Positions 52,991 through 64,000 of a DNA stretch of 64,000 nt are shown here, piece by piece. Each line of letters begins with the position of its first letter. Position 1 is the first letter of the stretch. Made by a program: the position numbers and the translations under genes. The notes under the pieces are model-generated. The model searched no databases. It saw nothing but the letters and a program-made list of their open reading frames with translations, and was not told the DNA's origin. Source of the DNA: Leptogorgia sarmentosa (lineage: Eukaryota); NCBI GenBank assembly GCA_964658305.1, contig OZ210885.1, forward strand, positions 6,386,001 through 6,450,000. Direction: 5' to 3'.

Positions 52991-53586
52991 GGAAATTCAT
53001 ATTTTGTATTTTTTTGAAAACTGTCAAAATATCAGCTTTTATCTTGGTTTTATTGGCTTTTTTTTTAATTTGGTGAACCATTTGTTATCCGTACGTTATT
53101 AGGACTAATATAAACTTGAATTTATTGCAAAATACTGCATTTATTTGCATGAAACTTTTATTTAAATATTCAAGTCAGTCTTTGATATACGAGTTTCCGG
53201 CCAATGTTTGCCCGTTTTAGGGTAAAACATAATATATTGCTGACAATATATTGACAAACTTATTGGCGGGTCCTGTGTGTCAATTCATGGTTGTTTCTTC
53301 GCTTTCTCAGCGTTTTATATCTTCTAAGAAGGCTTTTCAAGTCTTACAGCGTAGCAGCGTCTTTCGCCTTTCCAAAAGCTTTACGCCTTTAAAATGCTTC
53401 TTAAAAGCTTTCAAAGCTTCGGCTCTTCATGATAGTCCGCCATATTTTTGAGATCAGTGGTGACCACCCTTCGACGATGACCCAAAATGGTGGCCAAATT
53501 GAGCAACTTTGGACTCCGCTATGCCGAATTATTATCCTTGCCCTGGGCTAATGCCCGGACGGCGCTTTGCGCCATGGCTCAGGGAA

Positions 53587-54320
53587 TATACAGAAATCCT
53601 GTATTTTAGTGAAATACTCGTCAAATGTGCAGTTTGGTAGTGATACTACGGAAGTGTACTTGCAGCTACAAAATATACAGAAATCCTGTATATATAACCA
53701 CGATGAAATACTCGTCAAATGTGCAGTTTGGTAGTGATACTACTGAAGTGTACTTGCATATACAAAATATACAGAAATACTGTATATATAACCATGGTGA
53801 AATACTCGTCAATTGTGCAGTTTGGTAGTGATACTACTGAAGTGTACTTGCAGATACAAAATATACAGAAATCCTGTATATATAACATAGTTGTCATTTG
53901 TCCGGTCAATTTTTCTGTTTATAAGTAATTTTTTACAGAGAGTTTGTGTCGAGCTAGGGGTTTAAGTTTGGATAGCCGTGAAAGAATTCCCGGGTTCGAA
54001 TCCAGAGCGATGTTCTACCTTTTTTTAATTTTGCCAATTTTTCTCTCTTCCCAACATTTTTGCTGTTAGGGTCAGATTACTGTTTGGGTTTGGATTAGGG
54101 AAAAAAAGAGAGAAAAGACTATTTTTTGTGTCGAGTCGGAATTTAGAGTTGCCTGCACATAGCCCGCATATTCACAGACAAATAGCCAAAGCCCCTACAT
54201 GTCCGTGACCGGACAAATAACAACGGCGTATATATAACCATGGTGAAATACTCGTCAAATGTGCAGTTTGGTGGTGATAGCAAAAGTGTACTTGCAGGTA
54301 CAACATAAACAGAAATCGAT
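53587..54320. repeat. ~94-bp tandem repeat (~4 copies) interrupted by a MITE
   Basis: Recurring GAAATACTCGTCAAATGTGCAGTTTGGTAGTGATAC. Confidence 0.92.
53886..54228. mobile_element. MITE with an apparent 9-bp TSD (MULE-like)
   Basis: Inverted GTTGTCATTTGTCCGGTCA / TGACCGGACAAATAACAAC; TATATATAA on both flanks; internal GGTTCGAATCC and TTAGGG-like motifs. Confidence 0.7.
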
Positions 54321-54856
54321 GTTTTGTGCCTGCAAGTACAGTTTAGATATCGCTACCAATATACACAGCCTAATGCCTAAAGCCTAACGCCATATACATT
54401 TTATATTCGACATGGTTATATTATAAATAGGACGTAAATTTAAAATCGTTTAGTATTATAAATACGACGTTTATCGGTTTACAAATATGACCAAATGAAA
54501 AATGTGCAAGAAATATACTAAATAATATAGAAACAATGCTCTGGAATTACGTTTTACACAGCAGCAGTTAGATGGTTGCATCCGTGGTTATATATACCAT
54601 TTTCACGTAGTAAAACATACCACGGTTTTCTTGTGCAGCCATTTTGGATTTCAATTCGACACCAGGACCCACGAATGTTACTCTGTGGCCACGGACTCAA
54701 ACTGGTTACTTTGTGACAAGAGTAAAGAAAGATACACTGTCATCCTGTTTGGCAAATACTACACGCCTGCACGGCAGCACCATTTTACTTGAATATTTTA
54801 ATTTTTATGGAATAAATAAATATTTTTTGCACAATACATGATGATAGCAAATGATA

Positions 54857-55252
54857 TTAAATCTCACCTGACTGTATACCACCATCGATACCTGTGAAAC
54901 CAGGTTCATCCCTGATTAATTCAATTATTCTGTGGAATGTTTCATTTGGTGGTGGTGGTGGTGCTTTTCCTCCCCCAGTTTGACCAAGTGACCTTCTCCT
55001 GTTAGCCACTTCTTTTCGTGCCAGCCCACACATCACACGCCATTTCTCCTTCACTTCCTTAACACTCCTACTCACAACTCCCAAACTATTTATGCGGTCA
55101 CAAATGGACTGCCAAACTTCTTTTTTTCGTTTGTTCGTCAAATTGTTGGAAAATTTCCCCCTCAATATATGAAGGTTATCTTCGGCGCATTGTAAAATAA
55201 GCTGGCACTCAGCCGGTGAGAAGTTCGCTTTTCTTGGTATTTTTTCTGCCAT
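54857..55252 (-). CDS. Myb/SANT-like DNA-binding domain exon (Harbinger-partner type)
   Basis: RKANFSPAECQLIL...KKEVWQSICDRINS..RSVKEVKEKW...TGGG...GIDGG; ends at a GTGAG donor. Confidence 0.85.
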   Translation of the reverse strand: MAEKIPRKANFSPAECQLILQCAEDNLHILRGKFSNNLTNKRKKEVWQSICDRINSLGVVSRSVKEVKEKWRVMCGLARKEVANRRRSLGQTGGGKAPPPPPNETFHRIIELIRDEPGFTGIDGGIQSGEI

Positions 55253-55464
55253 TTTGACCTTGATATTTTTTTATTTTTGGCAGGAAAAAACCGGTTTAGC
55301 CCAGCTTGAGTAACTTTATCCATCAGATAGCTAAACGCAGCGCCAAATGGGCTTTATGCAACGCAATTTTATCGGTGAAATGTGGACCGTCTTTCTGCGA
55401 TAAATGGAGGGGTGACCCCCCTACCCCCACCCCCCTCTAATAAGCGCCCTTATAATTATTTAAG

Positions 55465-55590
55465 GAATAGAAAACATTTTCCATGTTTACATTGAGTTAT
55501 GTAAACACGAGTGCAAGTTTGGGAGAACAAGAAATGTGTGGAAACACAAGCCCGAAGGGCGAGTAAACATAGGAAAATGTTTTCTATTAT
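55465..55590. repeat. Palindromic interspersed repeat
   Basis: AATAGAAAACATTTTCC and GGAAAATGTTTTCTATT as inverted ends. Confidence 0.6.
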
Positions 55591-55681
55591 TTTTATAACA
55601 TAACACGATGACAAATGCAAAATATAAATGGAATAGCAAGAAGCAGCAGGAAATAGCTGTGTTTACATAATCTCACATCAA

Positions 55682-58600
55682 CGGCATGTAGTAAAACACG
55701 GACTGGACTCAGTCCTCGTTTTACTATAATCAAGTAGAAAACGGAATGGACTGTTTTTTTTATTGCTAAAAACTGTAAAAACTATACAATATGCATGTAT
55801 AATATGGTCTATAGGGGGGTGTATATTCAAGTTCACAGACAATACATGTTAGGTTCGTTAAGCAGTACACTATGGTAAAATCAATATCTTCCATCTTTTT
55901 TATTATGGTGATTAAAAAACCCAGCAACTTAAAATGACATTAATATCAACATTAACTTATAACTGTTGGCAGACATGTCAGTTTTGCAGTTATTTGAAAT
56001 GTAACTTTCCACTGAAAAAACCCAGATTTTTTTAACAAAGCTTGTTAAAAATCCTTCTCAGGAGATCTTTATGACTTTCCTCAAGGTGAGGAATCACATC
56101 AGAAGGAATAAACAACATATTTCTAAAAAAATTGGGACACTGGAGAGAAATGCAGGCAATGCTTGCATGAAAATAAACCATAGATATGTGCTGCTTTCCA
56201 TCTTTGTAGTATCTGCGATATTGACGCGAGACTACAACCAAATCATTAGGGCAAGGAGGTATCACCAACCCAGGCTTTAACGTTACATGACAACCATAGC
56301 ATTTGGAAACTCTGGGGTCAGTGAACTTCAGTAAAGTCACTGAGTATGTACCAGGTGCTGGAGAGGGCTTTGCAGGTGCCTGTGCAATGAGACGATAGAC
56401 AGGGGCATAGGAAGCAAGTTAAAGTTGGGGGGGGCACAGGCTTTCAGGGGCACTTTTTCATACAAAAAGGGCATCCTCAAGTAAATACATTTTCGGCTAA
56501 ACAGCGCAATTCATGCATGTCTTTGAAAATCTGATTTTAGTGGGTGTTTATCTCATGTACCTTTTAAAAAGGCAATCCGCATTGAAACATTAGCAAATTT
56601 TCAGTATTTTCATCAACCTTTGTTACCTTTTAATAACATGGTTTTAATATCAATACATATGATAAATTTAATTCTCAGTATTAACATTACATGCCGTATT
56701 CTGCATGCCGCATATTTATTTAATTTCAACATAATAAAAGAGTTTTAAAATTTAAATGTAAACCTTTACTAGAAAATGCTGCAACTTTGAATATGTTTCA
56801 ACTTTGGCTATATAAAATCTATGTTAGGCGAAGCTTGAAGATTAATGTTTGTAGCAGTTATTTAGTTCAATGCAATTTGCCAAAAAATCGTATTCTTTTG
56901 TCGTTTTTCTCTGCAAATGCCTTAGCAAGTGCTCTAAGATCAACGCTATCTATTCTTTCTTTGTGAATATTAAGCATAAGTAAATTGTATCTTTTCTGTG
57001 TCATTGTGCTCCTCAGGTAACTTTTCATGCGTCGTTTAACTGAAAAAGACCTTTCGGCAGTTGCGGCACTCATTGGAGCCAGCAGGTATATTTGTAATGG
57101 ACGAACGATATTCGGTACGACAAATGTACCATTTTGCCCTTGCGTCACTGCTGAAATCACGTTATCCATTGTTGTCACACGTCTAACCTCTGGTAAACAG
57201 CACTTGATTATACCAGGAAGAAATCGAAGCTCAGTGGTTACTTGATCAAAATCGATTTCTTTATCGTATGTTTCCTTGAAATCATCGCTTATATCGCATG
57301 GCTTCGTGTTAGCTGCATTTTGGATAACATCTTCTATATGCTGAAGAGGTGCATATGACCTTTCATCAAATCGCCTATTCAGTTCTGCAAGAATTGCGTC
57401 GATTGCCTCACAGTACTGAGCCCGAAACATTGATTTTACCGAGTCATGCAGATGTTCCACAGTTCAACTCCATCCTGTAGACGTCGAGGAACCTTTTGTG
57501 GACGGGGAAGAACTGCCTTTTCTACCATACCAAGAGCATTTCCCTTCTCTTGTGTTTGATCAAAAAAGACATTGTAAGAATCTCTCTGAAGCTGCAAGTT
57601 GTCCTTTAAAGCACGCACTCCAACCATCACAGTCTGTGCGAGCATTCCTTTGGTTTGCATGGTAGTTGCGAGCTGTTCACATACACAGAAAAGGTTCATT
57701 GAAAAATGCAAACCGAAAAAGGTCTTAAACTCGGTCATTTTCGTTGCAAGTCCTGCTGTTTTGTCATGCTTTTCTCGTTCACTTGCAGTTTTCGAAATAC
57801 TCAACAACGTAGAATGTAATGCCTGGTAATTATTCAACACTGCTGTGATCGACTTTGTTCTTACAGTCCATCGAGTTGGGCATAAAAGATGAAGACTATC
57901 AACAGATTGATCAGGATCTAGTTCCTTGGCAATACTTTCGTACGTAGCCATTCTCAGCGGTGAGTGTTGAATAAAGACAGACAAATGCTGAACGAAACTA
58001 AAAAAATCATCAATGACTTCACTTTGATGTGTACACAATTTTAACGCTAGGTCTAACCTATGATTTGCACAATGAATACGGTGAGCTGCAGGGTTTTCAT
58101 CCTTGATGCAGGGTTTTCATCCTTGATGCCCCATCATAAGATTGCCATCGACATTCATTTAAACTGAGATTACATCTTAACAAAATATCTTTCAGTGCGG
58201 CTGTTATTGTTTCAGCGTCAGGTTTCTCGATGAGATATACATCCCGAGAAAGTCTTCATGAGTTGTCAAATCTGGCAAAGTCACCCATCGTAATATGCAT
58301 GTTAATTGCTTTTTGTTACTGATATCACGCGATTCATCCGCAATCAGTCCAAATAATCCTGAATTTCTTTTAATATCTTTTAAGATTGAACGCAAAACGG
58401 CATTGCCCATCATTTCGATGAGCTCGTTAACGATATCTGGGCTGATATATCGTCTATCTTCAATCCATTGGTTTAGCTCAGGAACATCTTCTGCTCTTGT
58501 TTTGAGCATTTGAATTAGATTAATTTCCATTGATTCATGCCCGCGGATAGCAAGGCCTTGACGTACAAGATACTTTAGACTACTCAGCTGTTTAAGAAAA

Positions 58601-61110
58601 AGGAACCGGTGACATTCTTTCTCATCTTTACATTGCTTTTCCAGCTGGACACCAACGTTCATGTTTGCGTTCTTCAACAGCAAACATTTATCAACACACT
58701 CTTGGTGGTAATGGGAATTTTGATGCTTCTCCAGTTTTTCTCGGCATTTCTTCCAATTACTAAAGTTCCCAGAAGAGAACGCGTTCTCGCTGTGGTAACT
58801 GAATAAATTTAGCTGTTTTTCGACTGCTGTTTTACAGAAAAAACAAGCTATAGTACCTCGTTAAACAGTATGTTATCCGGCAATATTTTGAAAAAATGGA
58901 CGATGGACACTGTCGATTTTTTCCATCGCTGCAGATCTGGTTAACGGAGGTTTCCTGTAATTCTTCTGAGGTTGGTTTGAGTGTACAGAGAACTTTGTGT
59001 GCAACAAATTGACTCACAACCTAATTGACTACCACTCGTGAAGCTGACTTTTGGATCTGAACTGCAGGTAGATATGCGAGTTATAAGACTTGCTGACATG
59101 CTGACAAAAGGAGATTCAGAGTCGTGGTCTATTATAGTTGACTGAACAGGCTGTATCATTTCTTCGGACAAGATTGATGCCAATTTCTCAGCAGAGGTAG
59201 ATTGGTGATGTGTAGGTGGTAGGTCAGGTGGTTTTTAGACTGGAATCTTGTGCATCAACATTGCTGGTCAATCTCTCGGTTGCTGCATTTCTCACAGTAT
59301 CAGGGAAGGGGCTCTTTGATTCGTGTGAATGGGCTCTTTGATTCGTTTGAATCAAAGGGGCTCTTTGATTCGTTTGATTAGTTGTCGAATAATTCAAATC
59401 CTGGGTCTTCGACGAATTGCCTGAAGTTTTCACGAAACCAAATATACTGAGTTTTGGTGTACCGGATGCTGCCTCGTTTAGGTGTTTTGTCCGTAATTTC
59501 TTGCAGCGTTCTTCCCGCAGCATTTTCACCTTCAATAGGCAATACTGATATAAAAAATCCCCAATGGGCTATTTTTAGCAGATTAACCTGTATTACATCT
59601 CATCTCGATCAATAAAGTAATTTCGCTGTAGAGTCGTGCTAGTACTAGTGTTTCCAAGAAGACATGATATTTCCAGTTGGGAAAACATTCGGTATGTATG
59701 CTATTTTTGCTAATGTGAATGTCGCAATTGCTATCGGCAAGGCGGGGCTACTCGAAAAATAAAAACATTCAAAAGCTAGTGAATGCTGGAATCCTACAAA
59801 ATATTTTAGTACATTCATTTAGGCACAATCTCATATCTTTCAGAAAGGCATACCAATGTCAGGCATGAAAAAAGGGCACTATTTCTTATCACTTTAAAAG
59901 TTGGGGGGCACATGCCCCCAGTGCCCCCCCCCCTTCCTACGCCACTGACGATAGAATGACGTTGTGCTTTGTTCTGTGTGATTTGGTACAGCAGTCTTCC
60001 ATGGATGGACGACAATGGGAACATATGCGGTATGTGTTAAAATTTGTACAATTACTCACACTCAACTTTCTTGGTTTTAGAGTGAACATAAACTGTGTGT
60101 GGCTTCGTGCTCGATTGAGACACAACCATGTATGTAACATATGGCTGCTTTCCATCTTTAACCTGTGGAACTTTCCAAATGCTCTCCTCGTTCTGTGCAG
60201 ACCTCGACACTTTTTCAAACATTGGGTTAAGAATCGGGAAAGGAACATCGATAATCTGGGATTGAGCCGCCGTTACAGAGAGATTACTGGCCGCGCTGTT
60301 TGAGAAGGCTGCCTCAGTTGAGATATGTTCTAACTTCGATCCGACTGTATACTCCAGTTACATTTAAATATAGTTTAATAAAATAAACACAACTACAATT
60401 TCCAATCTAAGGGCTATCGATCAATTTCAATGTACAACAACCGTTATTCGCGCGCCATATTGTTCTTTCGACAGCACACATTCTCAATTAGACCATGCCT
60501 CAGTTCAAGAACTTGAACTCTTTTGTTAGATGTTATTCTCCTCTACCAATTACTGCCAAGAACTGTTCATCTTGCTGCCTCTTCTCCTGGTTCTGGATAC
60601 TTTCGACGTACTCCAAAAGAGTAAGTGTTTTTTCCCATACTTTGACGGCTTTGTTTCTTTGATGAGACGGTTCATGCATTCGTTCGCATTTTGTGTGTAT
60701 ACTCTGGGAGGGAACCCCAGGGCACACACTGATCTTACATCGGCTCTGCACGATTCTTGCAAGACATCCGATCTTCCATCGAGAAAGTATTGGATGAATT
60801 CTTTGCCTTTGTTGAAATTGCACCATTTCTCAACAGCATTTTTGTTGATATAAATTTCATTTTAAGTTGCTGGGTTTTTTAATCACCATAATAAAAAAGA
60901 TGGCAGATATTGATTTTACCATAGTGCACTGCTTAACGAACCTAACATATTGTCTGTGAACTTGAATATACACCCACCCTATAGACCTGCATATTGTATA
61001 GTTTTTACAGTTTTTAGCGATAAAAAAAACAGTCCAGTCCGTTTCCTACCTGATTATAGTAAAACACGGACTGAGTCCAGTCCAGTCCAGTCCGTGTTTT
61101 ACAAATCACG
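55682..61110 (-). mobile_element. MULE-like element bounded by ~260-bp inverted repeats, carrying a nested hAT
   Basis: 55690-55951 is the reverse complement of 60842-61102. Contains ALGFPPRVYTQNANECMN (60550-60762) and a C-terminal SKCYGC..DLVV..VYFH...C domain (56032-56340). No TSD seen. Confidence 0.65.
56400..59947 (-). mobile_element. Full-length hAT transposon (3548 bp) with a decayed ZMYM1-like transposase
   Basis: TIR CAGGGGCATAGGAAG / CTTCCTACGCCACTG; 8-bp TSD ACGATAGA; LVRQGLAIRGH, IADESRDIS, LCPTRWTVR and AERSFS..MKSYLRSTM in separate frames. Confidence 0.95.
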
Positions 61111-61197
61111 GGCTCAGTCCAGTCTGTGTGTCGTGCCCCTGCTGACAGGGAACGAAGTGTCAACCAACAGAAAACCAATCGCCTTTATTTCACAGAG

Positions 61198-61736
61198 ATT
61201 TAATATCTGTCATCACCATACTTACCCATGTGGATGGTTAGGTGTAGACGTGGTCAGGCTATTGGTCTAGGGATCCCAGTAACTTGGATTCAGGTCCGAA
61301 TCACGTGAGCATATCTGGCAAGGACCTGACCCCTGAATGTCTACACTTTATCACGCCGAATAAATGATTCGGCGGAAATTAATTAGCAAGCAGACTTTAA
61401 CCATTTTGATGATCAGGACGAAAAAAAAAAAAATTTCCTCTTTTTCACAACTCTGGTGTATATAAAGACCTTCTACAGTTATCTATATGTTAGCGAATGA
61501 CATACGAACCAGCCTGTCACTCTATATTCCAGCTTTGTGGCTAAGCTGTACCCAGGCTGCGCGCGGTTCCTATGATATTAACCTTGGTTACTATGTAACC
61601 CCATTTAATATCTGTCGTCACCATACTTACCTGTGTGGATGGTTAGGTGTAGACGTGGTCAGGCTATTGGTCTAGGGATCCCAGTTACTTGGATTCAGGT
61701 CCGAATCATATGAGCATGTCTGGCAAGGACCTGACC
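61198..61736 (-). repeat. Split direct repeats of an Ngaro/PAT-type element: 134-bp copies at 61198-61331 and 61603-61736 around a 271-bp spacer
   Basis: Near-identical copies located downstream of the YR gene; fits a B1-A2-B2 layout. Confidence 0.8.
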
Positions 61737-61880
61737 ACCAGAGTGATATTTCCCTGAAATTTCACCACTCCAAGTAACTAACATCCGGAACTAGATTCCA
61801 CACACATCCACACGGGTCGGATTAATCCCGTTCTAGGTTGCTGCCGTCTGCTGGTGCTCCGTTACTAGACCCCTTTGCAT

Positions 61881-62536
61881 GCCAAGCTATTTCGCCATAA
61901 CTGAAATTAGCACAGGGACCAGACCCAACTGCTAAGCTACATCGCCATAATTGAAATTAGCAAAAGGGACCAAACCCAATTGCTAAGCTATATCGCTATA
62001 AGAGAAATTAGCAAAAGGGACCAGACCCAATTGCTAAGCTATATCGCCATAAGTGAAATTAGCAAAGGGACAAGACCCAACTGCTAAGCTACATCGCCAT
62101 AATTGAAATTAGCAAAAGGGACCAGACCCAATTGCCAAGTTAGATCGCCATAAGAGAAATTAGCAAAAGGGACCAGACCCAATTGCTAAGCTATATCGCC
62201 ATAAGAGAAATCAGCATAGGGACCAGACCCAACTGCTATGCTGTGTCACCATAAGTGAAATTAGCAAAGGGGACCAGACCCAACTGCTAAGCTACATCGC
62301 CATAATTGAAATTAGCACAGGGACCAGACCCAATTGCTAAGCTACATCGCCATAAGAGAAATTAGCACAGGGACAAGACCCAATTGCTAAGTTATATTGC
62401 CATAAGAGAAATTAGCAAAAGGGACCAGACCCAATTGCTAAGCTATATCGCCATAAGTGAAATTAGCATAGGGACCAGACCCAACTGCTACGCTGCGTCG
62501 CCATAAGTAGAATTAGTAAAGGGACCAGATCCACTT
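61881..62536. repeat. Tandem array of 13 x 50-51 bp in the 3' region of the YR retrotransposon
   Basis: Consensus GCTAAGCTAYATCGCCATAAKWGAAATTAGCAAAAGGGACCAGACCCAAYT. Confidence 0.97.
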
Positions 62537-62610
62537 GTTAAGCCACAGCGCCCGCGCAAGCACTAGCCATGAACACAGGAAAAAACCCCCATACAATTTA
62601 ATACCGACAA

Positions 62611-63546
62611 TTATGTTACAGTATTGCTAACTAAGCGCTCAGGCACAGCTTCTAAAATATTGTGCGGTGTTTGTACATACAGTTGGTAGGCGTTGCTAAA
62701 CCACCTCCCTAACGTCTTAATCAGATGGTCGGGAACACCCGCTGCTGCTGCAGACATGGCCGCCCCAATGCGGAAGCTATGACCTGAAAAGTTTCCTTTT
62801 AGACCAGCACGGGAAACCGCAGTTCGGAGCCAGGTTGTCAATATGGTACTCGTCAGTGGCGATCCATTCGTGTGGCGAAACAGCGGTCCGGCGCCTCCCC
62901 CACGCAAATGAAGGTAGCGCAGGAGAGCCCTAACAGCACAAATTTCGTTGCCTGACAAGCCAAGACGAATGGTGTGCCCTTGGCGAAACGGGTCGGTTTT
63001 TGAGCATTTGATGCGAAGAAAAATAACTTTTGGGTCCAGACGCTTGTCAAATTGGATATCATCCACTGAAAGGTGGATACGCGAGTCAAATTTCGAGGTC
63101 GACGTAGTAAACTCTCCTGAGCGTAGAAACCCGAAAAAACCGGTACAACAGGCTGCCCAGAATAACGCATCGTCATAGCACGCGAAATTCAACACCGCGT
63201 GGATACGGGACAGCACCGTGAATGTAACGGGTAGCCGTTCACTCTTCGAAACACCCTGGGCGCGTTTGACACCCCACAGAACCCTTTCCAGCCTCAGACA
63301 GCTCGCTAACGGGTTTGCGAAACCATTTTCGATATGTAGCGAGCGTATGCCAGCTAAGTAGACTTTAATCGATGACGCTTTGATAGTTCGGGACAGATGC
63401 GTGACAAACAGCATTAATGTCCATTCGGAAGCAGGCAAGGGAGAACCGTTTGCATTCAGACTCTGGCTCCAGCGACAAAACTCGAGAAACCTACGTTGCG
63501 CCGAGTCGTACGTTCGCCGGGTGGTACTAGCAATGCCTTGAAACAT
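62611..63546 (-). CDS. Tyrosine recombinase of a DIRS/Ngaro-type retrotransposon
   Basis: Uninterrupted 311 aa; FFGFLRSGEF, SKTDPF, GHSFRIGAA and LGRWFSNAYQLY provide the R-K-HxxR-W-Y set. Confidence 0.95.
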   Translation of the reverse strand: MFQGIASTTRRTYDSAQRRFLEFCRWSQSLNANGSPLPASEWTLMLFVTHLSRTIKASSIKVYLAGIRSLHIENGFANPLASCLRLERVLWGVKRAQGVSKSERLPVTFTVLSRIHAVLNFACYDDALFWAACCTGFFGFLRSGEFTTSTSKFDSRIHLSVDDIQFDKRLDPKVIFLRIKCSKTDPFRQGHTIRLGLSGNEICAVRALLRYLHLRGGGAGPLFRHTNGSPLTSTILTTWLRTAVSRAGLKGNFSGHSFRIGAAMSAAAAGVPDHLIKTLGRWFSNAYQLYVQTPHNILEAVPERLVSNTVT

Positions 63547-64000
63547 TAAAGTTCTTGCCTGCTGTTGGAGTTCTCGGAGTTCAGACAGGCGAGCAAAGAC
63601 ACCGGGATCTGCACCGGGTGTGGACGGGCCTGTGGAGCCAGCTGACGAAACGCCTGCAGGTTAAAACGAGACAGGGAATCAGCTATCCCATTCTCTTTGC
63701 CCGGTATGTGTTGTGCTGTGACTTTAAAATTAAAGCGTGTTGCACACAGAAATAACTCTCTTAATAACTGCATGAGGCGGCTGTCTTTCGAAGTGCCCGA
63801 TGACAGGATGGCTACGACACTTTGGTTGTCACAATAAAACTGGATACGGCGGTTGCGCCAGGTATTCCCCCAGACATTACATGCAAGTACTATGGGGAAT
63901 AGCTCCTTATAAGCAATACTCAATGGCCGCTGGGCGGCAGACCACGCGCCGTTGAACCATTCCCCGGAATAAAATGCGCCCTACCCATCGCTGCCTGAAG
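63546..64000 (-). pseudogene. DIRS-type RNase H (end of the RT/RH ORF), running off the window
   Basis: IAYKELFPI, FYCDNQSVV and HIPGKENGIADSLSR; in-frame TAG at 63981-63983. Confidence 0.9.

Noticed and set aside
61487..61675. Short ORFs sharing the C-terminus GWLGVDVVRLLV with 60950-61270
   Set aside because: They are a by-product of the 134-bp direct repeat.
61881..62536. CRISPR array
   Set aside because: The units are contiguous near-identical repeats without unique spacers, there are no cas genes, and the context is eukaryotic.
62611..63546. Prophage or integron integrase
   Set aside because: The adjacent DIRS-type RNase H and split direct repeats identify a YR retrotransposon.

Overview
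AT-rich, intron-containing eukaryotic DNA, most consistent with a marine invertebrate such as a cnidarian (inferred from the element families, not proven). The window is almost entirely nested, mostly decayed transposons, and no intact host gene is evident. Elements seen: a PIF/Harbinger carrying a truncated BEL/Pao retrotransposon, a Gypsy gag with a tRNA-Leu PBS, Penelope-like elements with hammerhead-like remnants, Kolobok-type, Tc1/mariner, several hAT elements and MITEs with exact target-site duplications (TSDs), two EnSpm/CACTA-type SAMD3-like genes, a spliced KDZ transposase, MULE/SWIM-type remnants, a Crypton-like recombinase, and the 3' half of an Ngaro/DIRS-type tyrosine-recombinase (YR) retrotransposon. 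The most notable unexplained items are: (i) 13 hairpin-forming ~50-bp repeats between the YR gene and the split direct repeats, (ii) a spliced SF3-helicase-like remnant missed by the ORF track, and (iii) a GTF2I-like + PHD gene with an ankyrin exon between 150-bp inverted repeats. All family calls come from manual motif recognition; no searches were run.
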